Positions 26,341-39,390 of a DNA stretch of 64,000 nt are shown here, in pieces. The notes under the pieces are model-generated. The model was not told the DNA's origin, did no database searches, and was given only the letters and a program-made list of their open reading frames with translations. The stretch's first letter is position 1, and each line of letters begins with the position of its first letter. The stretch covers positions 28,582,001-28,646,000 of the forward strand of contig OZ024753.1 of assembly GCA_964016885.1 (NCBI GenBank), read 5' to 3'. The stretch comes from Eledone cirrhosa (lineage: Eukaryota). Position numbers and translations under genes: made by a program.

Positions 26341-27225
26341 TATTGGTCTCCAAGTATCTAAACAGAGGTGACAAATTGGCAGAGTTGTTAGAACGTCAGA
26401 TAGAATGCTTTATGGTATTCGTTTTGGCTCTCTACTCTCTGAGTTCAAATTACGCCAGGGTCAAATTTACCTTTCATCCTTTCAAGGTCAATAAAAAAGG
26501 TACCAGTCTAGAACTGAGGTCGATTCTTCCTCTCTCTGGTAGAAACCTGTTGTACTCAGACCTGGAAAGGGATGGGCTCCGCCTGGCTTAAAATGCCCAA
26601 GAAATGCCATATATCAATACGGTGCCCCTACGACTCTATCATGAGTTCTGGGACCATACATACATGTACTTATTGGTCCTCAAGTATCTAAACATGGTGG
26701 CCAATTGGCAGAGTTGTTAGAACATCAGAAGTATTCATACCGACCCTCTACTCTCTCCGAGTTAAAATCCTGCTACGGTCAACTATGCCTTTCATCCAGT
26801 TAAGGTTGATAAAAAAAGTACTAGTCTTGCACTGGGGTCGATTTTTCTTCTATATCTCTTTGTCACTTCCTTTATATCACTCTCTCTATCCTTCTCTAGA
26901 AGAAATCTGCTATATTCAGACCTGGAGAACAGATGGGCTCTGCCTGGTTTAACCATTTAGCATTTACATTACTCTATATTTACTATTGTATTTCCACAGT
27001 AAAGGTTTTATCTCACATAATATCGAATCTATGAGATTTTCATATTATTTATTTTGAGAAGAATATCTTAACATCACTATGAGTGGCAAAGAGGTGAGAG
27101 AATTCTGACCAGGTATGGCCAGTTTAAATGCTATAGGGTTAAAAAAAATGCCCAAGAAACGTTGTATGTCAATGCAGTGCCCCTACGACTCCATCAGGAG
27201 TTATGGGACCATGTATACATACATC
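26341..27225 (+). repeat. tandem duplication of a family B SINE plus 3' extension unit
   Basis: TATTGGTC..CAAGTATCTAAACA..GG starts at 26341 and 26671. The second unit carries a piggyBac MITE. Confidence 0.7.
26953..27138 (+). mobile_element. piggyBac-type MITE
   Basis: TTAA|CCATTTAGCATTTA...TAAATGCTATAGGG|TTAA. Confidence 0.8.
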
Positions 27226-27910
27226 TGCACAGGCAAAAGTCAAACTAATTTAAGATTGGTCTAGTAGACAGTTGTATCTTTGTCTAGTAATCTTCTTCGA
27301 AAACATTTCAGTTAAAGTTGCTATGTGAATAAAAGCATCATTCTACTGAAAGATAATTTGTCTATCATAATCATTGCATAAGTTATTAATACTTTGTGAT
27401 TATTATTGGCCAATGATACTAAATATAATTCTATTTTGCTGAAAGAAAGAAAAACAGGTCAACATGGAAGAATTGCATGTTCTATTACCATACTGTATAT
27501 TTTGGTAAATGCATTGTACTGCCGTATACAAGTTGTTAAATAAATTTATGGCGCCACTAAGATGAGAGTAGACTTCATCAGAAGAGCAAATTTTCATTTG
27601 AAAAGAATAGAATCTGAAAATCTAATCATGAATGTCTTTTCAATAATCATTTGCCACATTTATTTTCTTTCAGCTAATACAAGCATTTCAATCTGTTGGG
27701 AGATAGGCCTAAGATTCATTCTCATTATTTTATTGACAGTATCGATAAAAGGTCGGATGGCATGCTTTGCAGCATAGAGTTACGTTCCTTTATGGTCTGA
27801 GTCCAAATCCCGTCAAGGTTAACTTTGCCTTTCATCCTTATGGGGTTGATAAAATAAAGTACCAGTAATGCACTGGGATAATTGCTGGACTTGAGCCAAA
27901 GGTAGAAACA

Positions 27911-27995
27911 ATTATTATTTTATTTAAGTCAATATTATTTTATTTAAGTCAATATTATTTTATTTAAGTCAATATTATTTTATTTAAGTCAATAT
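27911..27995. repeat. 20-bp minisatellite x4 (AATATTATTTTATTTAAGTC)
   Basis: Directly visible. Confidence 0.9.
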
Positions 27996-28164
27996 TTCTT
28001 TTTGCTGTTAAGCTTTGTCTGCCATGTCAAACCTTCACATCAATAATTTCTTTATAACAATCTTCGAGTAACTATCTTGGTCATCCTTTTATTTTCTTAT
28101 CGGGAACATTCCATGTACTTTTAAATTTATTGATTAGCTTCTTCACTTGCTGTCTTCAATTTAG

Positions 28165-28590
28165 TTTTCGTGCCAATCTTTACTTATGGTCATGAATGTT
28201 AGGTAATGACCAATAGAATATGATCGCAAATACAAGCGGCTGCAATGGGATTCCTCCATAGGGTCTTTGGAGTAATGTTATTCAATAAAGTGCGGAGATC
28301 AGAGAGTCACTCAAGGTGGAGCCGCTACTTCTCTGAATTGAGAGATCACAACTCCGATACTATGGGCATGTGGTTAGAATGTCTCAGGAAAGAATCGCTG
28401 GGCAGATTTTACAGGCAAAACCAGCCTGCAGGAGACCCAGGAGTAGACCCCAAGCAAGATGGTTGGATAACATCCATGAGCTTGGCTGGTCACACTTGGG
28501 GATCCGGCCAGATCAGGTGGAGATGGTTGCTTCTGACAGGACTCGCTGGAAGGAATCTGTCCCCACAACCCTCTCAGGAATAATTGAGCA
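28165..28590 (+). mobile_element. old RTE-clade (Rex3/Expander-like) 3' fragment
   Basis: LTYGHEC...QIQAAAMGFLHRV...IERSQLRYYGHVVRM...RPRSRPQARWLD...DRTRWK. Confidence 0.8.
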
Positions 28591-29084
28591 AAGAAGAAGC
28601 TTCTTCACAGAAACATCAGATGTTGGTATATTGTTACACTTTATTGTAATCTTACAACACAACTTCTATGTATGTATGTGAGGCCCTGTAACTACTGGGG
28701 ATGAAGTGGGGGGTGTCATAGGGACACCATAGTGACATAGGGCGTTTCTTGGGTAGTTTCAACCTGGTGAAGCCCATCATTCTCAAGGTTTGAGCAAAGC
28801 CAATTTCTTCTAGAGAAGAAGAGAGAGGCGGGGGGGGAATGACCCCATTACTGAACTGGCATTACAATGTAATCGAAAATAGCATGCAGGAGTTTTAACA
28901 AAAAGACAATCTAACTTAATAACAAATGTTTTATACATGTTATAAAGATCCTATTTATTTATATATCAGGTACGCTTTTTGAACCCTTTTTTATTATCAT
29001 TTTCCTTAGATATATATATATATATCATCATCATTTAACATCCTTATATATATATATACGCACACATATATATACATATACATA

Positions 29085-29424
29085 TTCATTCATTCATTCA
29101 TTCATTTCGTTTTACGTCCGCTTTTCCCTGCTTGCAAGGGTGAGACGGGAACTGATTCTGGCTTGATTTCTACAGCTAGATGCTCTTCCTAACACCAACC
29201 TCATTTACAGTGAGTGCTGGGTGCTTTTTTGCTGTGGCACCTCCACGACCACTCTACAGTGGAATGATATGGACCCCAGTCCCTATCATCTCATTTCTAA
29301 AGCTGAGTAAACTGGAGCAATGTGAAATAAAGTGTCTTGCTCAAGGAAACAACACATCACCCGGTCTGAGAATTGAACTCACAACCTTTCGATTGCAAGG
29401 CTCTAACCACTAAGCCATGTGCCT

Positions 29425-29428
<4 letters not shown>
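29085..29428 (-). mobile_element. family A SINE, tail type 1
   Basis: Close match to the reverse complement of 25085-25432. Confidence 0.85.
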
Positions 29429-29477
<49 letters not shown>

Positions 29478-30864
29478 TACATTTATATATACATAGAAAT
29501 GTTATGTACTGACTTTTTTCACATATTATTAAACGGATATTTTCGATTTTAACCTTCTTCTATTTTTTCTGTTACATCATTTATTATATATGTGTGTGTG
29601 TGTTTGAGTGTACTCGTGTGTGTTTGAGTGTGTATGTATATACATGCAAACATGCTTTACAAGGACAGAGTGACCCAGATTGCTGATAGAAAAATAAATA
29701 TTTAGATTCTTAAACTGACAGATTGAAAGCTGGAGTAGATTTTTGAAGTGGGTAGATGGATTAGGTGATGAATAGATATTTAGATGGATGCTGAGATAAC
29801 TTAGAGATATAATAGACAGTTAGTCATTTAGAAATAACAAATGTAAGACACACACCCAAATCAGAAATGAGAGGAGTAAAAGATAAGAGATCATCATCAT
29901 CGTCCATTTTTCCACGCTAGCATGGGTTTGATGAGTTTTCCTGTTGTGGGCAATGTCAGTTCAGGTGACCATGTCTTGTTCATACAGAACTGATTTTGGA
30001 TTGGTTTCTATGACTGGATGCCCTTCCTAACACCAACCTCATTTACTGTGTGTACTGGGTGCTTTTTGTTATGACTTCTACATGATCACTTTACAGTGTG
30101 TACTGGGTGCTTTTGTTGTGATGCCTACACGACCGCTTTACAGTGTGGACTGGTGCTTTTTGTCCTGGCACCTACATGACCACTTTACAGTGTGGACTAG
30201 GTGCTTTCTTTCATCAAAAAGAAGAGGAGAGAGAGAGACGGAGAGGTTTAACATAGAAGGACCAAAATATTGACATCTTAAGGTTTTTGTTAGTAATAGA
30301 AAATATATTTTCTTTCACAGGAAGGTCTTTGCTTGTACTGTCAATATTCTCATCTCTCCACAGGATGAGTATTGAAATCTACAAACTTCTACAAAATTTA
30401 TCTTTGAGTTGACTCAAGGATATTATTATACCATATATCAGTTTATTATACCTTATATCAGCTTACTAAATTAGTCTTGTGCTGAAGAAATAAATAATCA
30501 ATATCATTATTATCTATTCATATATGTATATATAATCTCTACCCAACAAATTATGCGCAAATCAATATTTCTTTTTTTACTGAAACTTATAATTTACATA
30601 ATATGCCTACAATTAAATTTTTCTTATTTTCTGAAAGCATAATTTACATGGCATTCATATAATTAACTTTCTTTATTTTGAATGCTACATTGAAAGTATG
30701 TGTATGGCCAAGTCATTAAAATAGTAGATAGGGAACCAAGAAATGTGGCAAGTTAGGAATAATTTGCTTCTCTAAGCAGTAACAGTAGTTGCAATGACGT
30801 AGTAAAAGTTACCCAGAGGAGATTGTGGTTGCTGTTGTTGGTATTTTTATTGTTATTTAGCCCA

Positions 30865-31068
30865 TCCAGTAGAGCATTGGACAACATGCCTTTATGGCAT
30901 AGATTTATGCCCGTTTACATTCTGAGTTCCAATCCCGTCGAGGTTAGCTTTGCCTTTCATCCTTATGGGATCAATAAAATAAAGTACCAGTAATGCATTG
31001 AGGTCGATTTAATCAACTTTCTCCTCTCCCAAAATTGGTGGCCTTGTACCTAAATCAGAAACCGTTAT
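30865..31068 (+). mobile_element. family B SINE
   Basis: CTTTGCCTTTCATCCTTATGGGATCAATAAAATAAAGTACCAG. Other copies at ~12270, 25600, 27735, 33305, 38300(-), 40445, 45115, 46495, 47950, 50995(-) and 61580. Confidence 0.8.
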
Positions 31069-31191
31069 TTAGCTCCATCTAAATGAAGATAGAACAAAAA
31101 AACATAGGCCATATCAGTTAAGTTCTAGTTTGTGTTTGACATAAATAGCAACTGCTATCAATTCTCTTTGTGTGGAGAAACATAAGGTTGC

Positions 31192-31238
31192 ATGTCTTCT
31201 GATGAAAAGCCAACTAGTCTTGAAATGCATAAAGACAT
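31192..31238 (+). ncRNA. minimal type-I hammerhead ribozyme
   Basis: ATGTCTT-CTGATGA-AAAG CCAACTAGT CTT-GAAA-TGCA-TA-AAGACAT: perfect 7-bp stem I and palindromic stem III. Confidence 0.8.
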
Positions 31239-31599
31239 TTTATGTTTTTCTGTGTATGAAGAATATAACAAAAGTGTGCTCATCATTATCATCATTATCC
31301 GTTCATTTTCCGTACTTGTTTATTCACAGCCAGATTTATAATTAAAGACTGTATTTATATCTAAATGAAATTTATCTTAGATCTTCTAAGATACTCTGTG
31401 TTGTGCATGAATCTTTTTCTTTATAAATAGAAACATCATTTACAACATAATGTTGAAATTCATCTTGTATTCTTCATCTGTCCTTAATCAAATAGATGTG
31501 TTAATGAACAAGAATCCTTATCAGAACTAATTCCAAAATAATTCCCAGTGTTCTTCATACCAGCATATAATATCAACACTATTATCTTTTATTATATAT

Positions 31600-31630
<31 letters not shown>

Positions 31631-31696
31631 TATCTATATCTATCTATCTATATCTATATATATATAATGCCTTTATGGTAAATAAAGAAATCTATA

Positions 31697-31762
<66 letters not shown>

Positions 31763-31763
<1 letters not shown>

Positions 31764-32327
31764 CGTTTCTGAATTTGTTTAGCAAGATTCTTTATCTGAA
31801 AACGTGTGTTGAAACCGATATTGTTATACTTTGGGAGGGTCATGTTGCCAATAAGAAACACACGCACCAGTGCTTTCACTTCAATTTATTATAATAAATT
31901 TATAAATTTAGGAATTTATAAATTTCCGGTTGGTTGGTTCCACAACCAGATGGTTGTTTATATATTGTCAAAGTTCTTTCGTCACACATTCTGTGACCTC
32001 TTCAGTGACTGGGGATTCTTTTCTTTGTTTTTTGTGCTCTCCTTTGTTCTGTCCTACGCCATCTTGTTTTTGACACACAAAATCAAGATGGCGTAGGACA
32101 GAACAAAGGAGAGCACAAAAAACAAAGAAAAGAATCCCCAGTCACTGAAGAGGTCACAGAATGTGTGACGAAAGAACTTTGACAATATATAAACAACCAT
32201 CTGGTTGTGGAACCAACCAACCGGAAATTTATAAATTCCTAAATTTATAAATTTATATAATAAATTGAAGTGAAAGCAACTGGTGCGTGTGTTTCTTATT
32301 GGCAACATGACCCTCCCAAAGTATAAC
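31763..32327 (-). mobile_element. PLE pLTR hairpin insertion (~245-bp arms plus 60-bp tail)
   Basis: 31823-32066 is the reverse complement of 32084-32327; tail at 31763-31822; (TA)n flanks. Relatives at 38058-38225, 38750-38907, 44281-44381 and 54056-54390. Confidence 0.85.
32141..32183 (+). ncRNA. minimal type-I hammerhead ribozyme (mirror copy on - at 31967-32009)
   Basis: GTCA-CTGAAGA-G-GTCACA GAATG TGTGAC-GAAA-GAAC-TT-TGAC. Confidence 0.75.
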
Positions 32328-32371
32328 TATATCTATATATATATCTATATATATATATATATATATATATA

Positions 32372-32695
32372 TGACCTCTGGCATCACGCAGTAATACAGA
32401 GTACCCGACCTCCCATGGGTACAAGCTGAAGCATATAGACAATATGCCCCCACACCCTCCCACTGCAAAGTGGTTGTGAAGGGGCCACAGAAAAAATCAC
32501 CCAGCACTTACTGTAAAGGAGGTTGGTGTTAGGAAGGGCATCCAGCTGTAGAAATCAAGCCAAAATCAGTTCCTGTATCAGCAAGGCATGGTCAGCCGAC
32601 CAGACACTGCCCACAACAGGACAACCTGTCTAACCCATGCTAGCATGGAAGAACGGACGTAAAACGGTGATGATGATGATGATGATGATGATGAT
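32372..32695 (+). mobile_element. RTE-tailed SINE-like repeat (family C)
   Basis: TTGGTGTTAGGAAGGGCATCCAGC...ACCCATGCTAGCATGGAAGAACGGACGTAAAACG(ATG)n. Copies at 29890-30210(-), 35410-35560(-), 49110-49550, 51150-51405 and 62685-62880. Confidence 0.75.
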
Positions 32696-33464
32696 ATATA
32701 TGTATATGTGTGTGTGTATATATATATATATATATGTAAAAGGTAAACAGAAATAATAAACATAACAAAACAAATGGCACAGAACATGGATGAAATATAT
32801 TAGTTTAATGCTTGAAATAGCAGGAATGATCTGTCTACTAGTAAAGATACTATACACATCTGAATTAACAAAGGATGTTTAAGAGTTAAGAATTCCAGAT
32901 AGATTCTCAGTCTCAATGGTTGTCTATTTTATTAGACTATACTTTGATAATTATTTGAACATAATCACTGTAGCAATAATTAATTGTAAGCTATTTACAT
33001 GTGATTAGTTTCTACAACAAATTAGGTTATAGTCTGTTGTTATATTTGTATTTTTTTAACTTTATATTTGAAGTGATTTCTTTTTTTCTTTTTCTTTTTC
33101 TTTTTCTTTTTCTTTTTCTTTTTCTTTTTCTTTTTCTTTTTCTTTTTCTTTTTCTTCTGAATAGTAGTGATGGCTATTGAGGCTAGTATAAAAATCATTT
33201 CTGCCTTTTGGCATGGCTGTATGTTTAAAAGGTTTGGTTCACAACCATGTGGTTCTAGATTCAATCCTGTGATATCATGGGTAATTATCTTCAACTATCT
33301 TCTACTAGGCAGTCAATTTGACAGAACTGTTAGAGTGTTAGATATTTCTTCTGGGTTTTTGTGTTCTGAGTTCAAATCCTGCCAAGTTCCACTTTGCCTC
33401 TCATCTTTTCAATCTGTGCTCAATAAAGTACCAGGTCAGTGCTGTTGCAGCTCCTCTCGTTTAA

Positions 33465-33684
33465 CCCTTTACCATTTACATTAGTGTATATATACTATTT
33501 TATTTTCACGGTAAATATTTTAAACATATAATTATCTCACATAATATCAAATCTATGAGATTTTGATATTGTTTATTTTGAGAACAATACCTTAAAGTAA
33601 GTAAGAGCAACTGGTTATAGCCAGTTTCAATAGAAAGTGGTGAGAGAATTCTGGCCGGATATGGCTAGTTTAAATACTAAAGGG
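33465..33684 (+). mobile_element. piggyBac-type MITE
   Basis: TTAA|CCCTTTACCATTTA...TAAATACTAAAGGG|TTAA. Confidence 0.8.
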
Positions 33685-34188
33685 TTAAATCGAATGAGAG
33701 GAAGGAGGTGTTTTCTTTTCTTTTTAGTTAAATTCTGCTTGTAGTTTAATCAATAAGTAATAATTAAAATCAGTCTTATAATCTTGTCAATCTGTTTGAT
33801 ACAATGAAACCATTATATCTTTGACAAAACCAAATGAAAGAATTTTTTTCGAAATGTCTAGCTGTTTTACAGCTTCCCTTGTTTCCTCTTTTCTTTTTCA
33901 TTTTCTTACCCATAATCTGCCTCCCATATTTTTATTTCATTTTATGTTTTACCCCTTTTTATTTTTTATTTTTTTTATTTTTACTTGTCTCATTAGCTCT
34001 TTGTGATTACCAACTATAAGGAGTACCCGGCCCTTCTCCTAGTTTGTCATGGATTACTAGCTCTATACGGATGTTTAAATTGAAAATAAATAAATGAATA
34101 AATAAATAAATTACTCAATCAATGAACCAAATGAACTGTTGTCCTGTCACTGGTGAGTAGTAAAACCTTTCCTCTTATCCTTCTGAAG

Positions 34189-34389
34189 CAGGCATATCAA
34201 ACTGAAGGCCCTCTGAGGTCCACATGGGTCACATGTGTTGTCTGAGGGCCACACATGACAACTAATTGTGCACATTACAACTCATTTAAAAAAATGTTTA
34301 TAGTACAACGATAAAACATGCTCGTGCTGTAAAAACCTTTGTGTGGGCCACAGGTGTGCTTGTAAAGGGCTACATGTTTGACATGCCTG
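34189..34389. mobile_element. hAT (Charlie-like) MITE
   Basis: TIRs CAGGCATATCAAAC / GTTTGACATGCCTG. Confidence 0.75.
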
Positions 34390-34679
34390 TTTTATAACAT
34401 TTGACTTTGGATATCTTATCTTCAATTTGTATTAAATCTATCCAATTCATCTTCTCATCTTGTATATTGTTGTCCACATGTTCCATTGTGGCATGTTATA
34501 TTCTCTCAGTGGTTTTTACTTTTATTTGATGGTTTTGGAAAAAAATTCTCAAAAATTCTATTTCTTTACAATGACTGCTTTTTACTCAATTGTTTGACAA
34601 TTCTGTTTGGCCATGATTTTAGTGAACAGATTCAATGTGGCACTTAAAAGACTTGTAGATCGATAGTTTATTTGTGTGT

Positions 34680-34930
34680 ATGATGATGATGTTGATGATG
34701 ATAACAACAATGATGATGATGAGGAGGACAATGATGATAATGGTGATGATGATAATGATGACAATGAGGATGATAATGATGATGATGATGATGACAATAA
34801 TGATGATGATGATGACAATGAAGATGATAATGATGATGATGATGATGATGATGATGAAGACCACAATGATGACGACGATGATGATGATGATGATAAAAAT
34901 GACAGTGACAAAGATGATGACAATGACAAT
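34680..34930. repeat. (GAT)n microsatellite
   Basis: Directly visible; source of the poly-D/M/S/I ORFs. Confidence 0.95.
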
Positions 34931-34946
34931 GTCGACGAAAATAATT

Positions 34947-35131
34947 GTTTCTACTTTTGGCACAAGGCCAGCAATTGCCCAGTGTATTACTGGTACTTTA
35001 TTTTATCGACCCCCGTAAGGATGAAAGGCAAAGTTAACCTCGGCGGGATTTGAACTCAGAATGGCAAGGGCCGTAACTCTATGTATCAAAGCATGGCATC
35101 CGACCCTCTACCGATACTGCCAATTCACCGC
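34947..35131 (-). mobile_element. family B SINE with 19-bp TSD
   Basis: CAATGTCGACGAAAATAAT at 34928-34946 and 35132-35150. Confidence 0.85.
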
Positions 35132-35766
35132 CAATGTCGACGAAAATAATGATGATAATGATGAAGAGGAAAATATTCTACTGTTGCTATTATGATGATG
35201 ATAATAAAAACCATTCAGATGGTAATGTTTATTATGATAAAGATGTATAAAAAGTAATGCTTAAAAATTCATCAAAATTTCTCATACCATCTTCAAAGAT
35301 TGTCTTTTTTTCATTTTCACCCAAGGAATTAAATAAATTTGATTGACATGTTAATAGGATTTTAGTTATTTATTTATGTATTTATTTATAAATTTAGTTG
35401 TTTATATATTTTCATCATCATCATCGTGACCGTTTTATATCCATTTTTCCATGTTAGCATGGGTTAGACAAGTTGTCCTGTTGTGGGCAATGTCAGGTCA
35501 GGTGATCATGTCTTGCTCATACAGAACTGATTTTGGCTTGGATTCTACAGCTGGATGTGAAGCTGTGTGAAATTTACAACAGGTTTTATTTTATTATTAT
35601 TTTTTTTTTTTTTTTGATAACATAAAAATTTTAAAAATAAATTTATTGTGCTGGACTTGTGTAGTTAAATGCATTATTATCATTATTATTTTTATCAAGA
35701 TATAAATTTACATGACTTCCGTCCGTCACACAATATATGTGTATGTGTGTGTGTGTGTGTGTGTGT

Positions 35767-36010
35767 GTAAAAGGAAGGAAGGGGATGGTGAAAAAACTGT
35801 AGCAAAAACAGTGGCTGACGTTCAATTTGCTACGCTATGTGTGAGTGTATGTGTATGTCTGTGTGTAAATGTATGTGTGTGTAATTGTGTGAATGTATGT
35901 ATGTAAAAGGAAGGAAGGGGATGGTGAAAAAAGCTATAGCAAAACAGCGGCAGGCGTTCTATTTGCTACGCTGTGTGTGAGTGTATGTGTGTGTGTGTTT
36001 GTGTGAATGT
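35767..36010. repeat. ~137-bp tandem duplication
   Basis: GTAAAAGGAAGGAAGGGGATGGTGAAAAAA at 35767 and 35903. Confidence 0.8.
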
Positions 36011-36522
36011 ATATGTGTATTTATGTGAATGTATGTCTGTGAGTGTGTATTTTTGTAAGTGTGTCTGTATTTACGCATTTATATTTATATACTCATACAT
36101 ATAATTCTATGCATATGCACATACACACACATACACACACATATACACATACGCGTCAGCGTGTCAAAAAAAATTCTAGTATTTAAAAACAAAAAAATTA
36201 TTATTTGTTTTATTTTTGCCCTGAGTTAATATTATCATGTTGTAACTTCCTTCAGCTGAGAAATACGATAATGTTAGCTTGCTGTTGATTAATTTCCATA
36301 TGAAATCAGACAACATAATATTGAAATTTAAACAGAAAAATAATGTCAGATATAAATTTACTAAATTGAAAAAAAAATATAAAACAAAAAATTAAGACAA
36401 CAACAACAGCAAAAATGACAACAAATATTTATTTGCTATCAGGGTCCATTCCTTCTGTACAATCAGTACAAAATATGTTGCAAAAGTGACTATGGGGTAT
36501 TATGTATATATACACACACACA

Positions 36523-36566
<44 letters not shown>

Positions 36567-36570
<4 letters not shown>

Positions 36571-38012
36571 GGAGGTGAGTTTTATTGTAGTACAATAAAG
36601 CAATGCAGATATAGGATAAGAAGCACTCTACAAACTTAAAAGAACTAACACTGCTCTCTCAGAACTCATATGGTCCTTAAAAGACAAAAACATTAAATAT
36701 ACCATCTTTTGGAAGAAGATTTCTTCTGCATCCTCATACTTGAACAGCTCTCTATCTAAAATCTGTAATCTCTGCCTAAATGAAAAATTTACCATTATCT
36801 CTAACCTAGATTCTATAATAAATAGACGCACAGATTTGTTTTCTATCTGCCTGCATAAATTCCATAGAAGTTTTCACAAAGTATACAGTTAATATTCAAT
36901 TCTTTATCAATTTAGAATCTTTTCTCAAAGGCACATATACATACACCTCTTTAAAATATACCCATCTACCTTACTTTAAAGGGCATTATACACTCTATAA
37001 TACTTGTTTACTCATTACCCTCATTCTATCTTCACCTTGTAAAATCATAACATATACTCTTGTTGTTTTTGACGTTAGAATATTCATCCGCAATCATTAT
37101 TATTTTTTCTCTCTATCATAAATCTTTTTAATCTCAATTTCATCCTTAATTTATTATTTTTTTCTCCCCATCAACGAACTCATTATTAATACATATTAAC
37201 TCTTTATTCGCATATATTATCAATTCAATCAATATACAAACTTTAACTTCACATTATTTTTCTCAAATCCTTCTACACACAAACCTTAATAATTTTTCTC
37301 TTCGTTAATTTTGAAATTGCCACAATACATACATTTCTTTTTTTGACGTTAGAATATTCATCCACAATTATTATTTTTTTCTCTCTATCTTCATACATAA
37401 TTTCCCTTCGTTAATTTTCAAATTCCTTTAATTTATACATTATCTTCCAACGGTTCTCAACCTCTCTATGTTAAAACAATATATCTTTTTCTCAGTTATA
37501 AAAACTCTCTCTTTCTCTCTATCACCCATCTCTCCCTCTCCACCTTCACTCTCATCTCCTCCCCCTTTTTTTCATCCTTTCCACCCCCCCTCCCTAAATA
37601 AAATATTTTTTCCTCGCACATATCCTCCCTTCGTTAATTTTCAAAATGTTTAATTTATACAGTATCTTCCAACGGTTTTCAACCTCTCTATATAAAAAAT
37701 ATATCTCCTCTCAGTTATAAAAACTATCTCTTTCTCTCTATCACCCATCTCTCCCTCTCATCTCCTTCCCTTTTCATCCTTTCCACCCCCCCCCTCTCTA
37801 AATAAAATATTTTTTTCCCAATATCACACATCAATCTAAAACCACTTTTCATATGTTGATTTAAAACTGCACTATCCACAAGTGTTTTTTAGCCTTCATA
37901 TCATGTTCTCCTGTTTTATCTGATGAAAACACAAATATTATTGCATGATGATGTTTGTTTTTGAAATGCGCATAATAAAATACATGGAACTCCTTTAACC
38001 ATCTTTTGATCT

Positions 38013-38018
<6 letters not shown>
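36567..38018 (+). mobile_element. 5'-truncated copy of the 18689 PLE family, with the tail inverted at the 5' end
   Basis: 36567-36632 is the reverse complement of tail ~22611-22675. Then the EN C-terminus (KRTNTALSELIWSLKDK...CNLCLNEK), 3'UTR and a pLTR ending without a tail in (TA)n. Confidence 0.9.
37912..37982 (+). ncRNA. type-I hammerhead ribozyme
   Basis: TGTTTTAT-CTGATGA-stem II-GAAA-TGCGCA-TA-ATAAAATA. Confidence 0.85.
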
Positions 38019-38058
<40 letters not shown>

Positions 38059-38608
38059 GTCATACTTTGGGAGGGTCATGTTGCCAATAAGAAACACATG
38101 CACCAGTTGCTTTCACTTCAATTTATTATATATTTATGACATATATTATATTATTAAGTATGACAATATCGGTTTCAACACACGATTTCAGATAAAGAAT
38201 CTTGCTAAACAAATTCAGAAACGAAATATATATATAATGGTTTCTATATAAGAAACCATTATATTTATAAATATATTTATATATATATATATATGAGGGA
38301 GGGGAAAGTTGATTAAATCGACCCCAGTGCGTGACTGGTACTTTATTTTATCGACCCCCGTAAGGATGAAAGGCAAAGTTAACCTCGGCGGGACTTGAAC
38401 TCAGATAGTAAAGGACCACTGTTGAGTAGAGACGTGCGTTTCGCTATTGATCAGCACAAGGTTTGATCTGTGTCGGTCTTGCCCGACTCTGCAATCAAAA
38501 GCTTGTTGGACCTTTGTTGTGGTATATACAATATATATATATCCACCCGGAACCTGAACTGATATGGTCTGGTTTCTGGGTATGTCACTATTTATAAAAC
38601 AAATTTAG

Positions 38609-38670
38609 TATTTTATCTGATGAGAGCATACCAAAGATTTTGGTACGCTTTAAATATGTATAATAAAATA
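38609..38670 (+). ncRNA. decayed hammerhead ribozyme (GAAA mutated to TAAA)
   Basis: TATTTTAT-CTGATGA-GAGC ATACCA..TGGTAC GCTT-TAAA-TATGTA-TA-ATAAAATA. Confidence 0.65.
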
Positions 38671-38932
38671 AATATGGTTTTATAAATATAGTTTCCATAT
38701 ATTAATATCATTGTTATATATATACTTATATATATACATATATATATATTGTTATACTTGGGGAGGGTCATATTTGTGTAATATTGCCAGAATTAATAAC
38801 AGAACACACTCACTGTTTGGTTGGTTTTCGCTTCTCGCTGTCTTTTATATCGGTAATCTAACTTACTCGGTCCTCAATGTTGCCATGACTGACTAATTCA
38901 TCGCCGCTATATATATATATATATATATATAT

Positions 38933-39390
38933 ACAATATTAAATAAATGGAAAACTATATTTATAAAACCATATTTATTTCATTATATATATTTCGGGGA
39001 TATCATATTAACAATATGCTATGCCTTCATCAGACAAAATACAATATAAACAGTTTTATAGATAAATATATTCGACATACCGTAATAAACATCAACTTCA
39101 TTTGGAGAGGTTTACTGCTAGCGTAAACCTCTCCAAATGAAGTTGATGTTTATTACGGTATGTCGAATATATTTATCTATAAAACTGTTTATATTGTATT
39201 TTGTCTGATGAAGGCATAGCATATTGTTAATATGATATCCCCAAAATATATATAATGAAATAAATATGGTTTTATAAATATAGTTTTCCATTTATTTAAT
39301 ATTGTAAATATACTCCAAATATTTGTCGAGTGCTTTTATATCAGTTATAAATATTTACTAGTTGTAACCCAACAATTTTAAATATAACTT

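Noticed and set aside
27911-27995. CRISPR-like regular repeats
   Set aside because: No spacers; simple minisatellite in eukaryotic DNA.
30310-30375. candidate exon after TTTCACAG
   Set aside because: No convincing donor or recognisable peptide.
33990-34160. candidate exon (acceptor at 33996, donor CTG|GTGAGT at 34152)
   Set aside because: Contains a stop and AATAAA-rich tract with no recognisable protein; insufficient support.
34582-35053. poly-Asp, poly-Met, poly-Ser and poly-Ile ORFs
   Set aside because: (GAT)n microsatellite running into a SINE.
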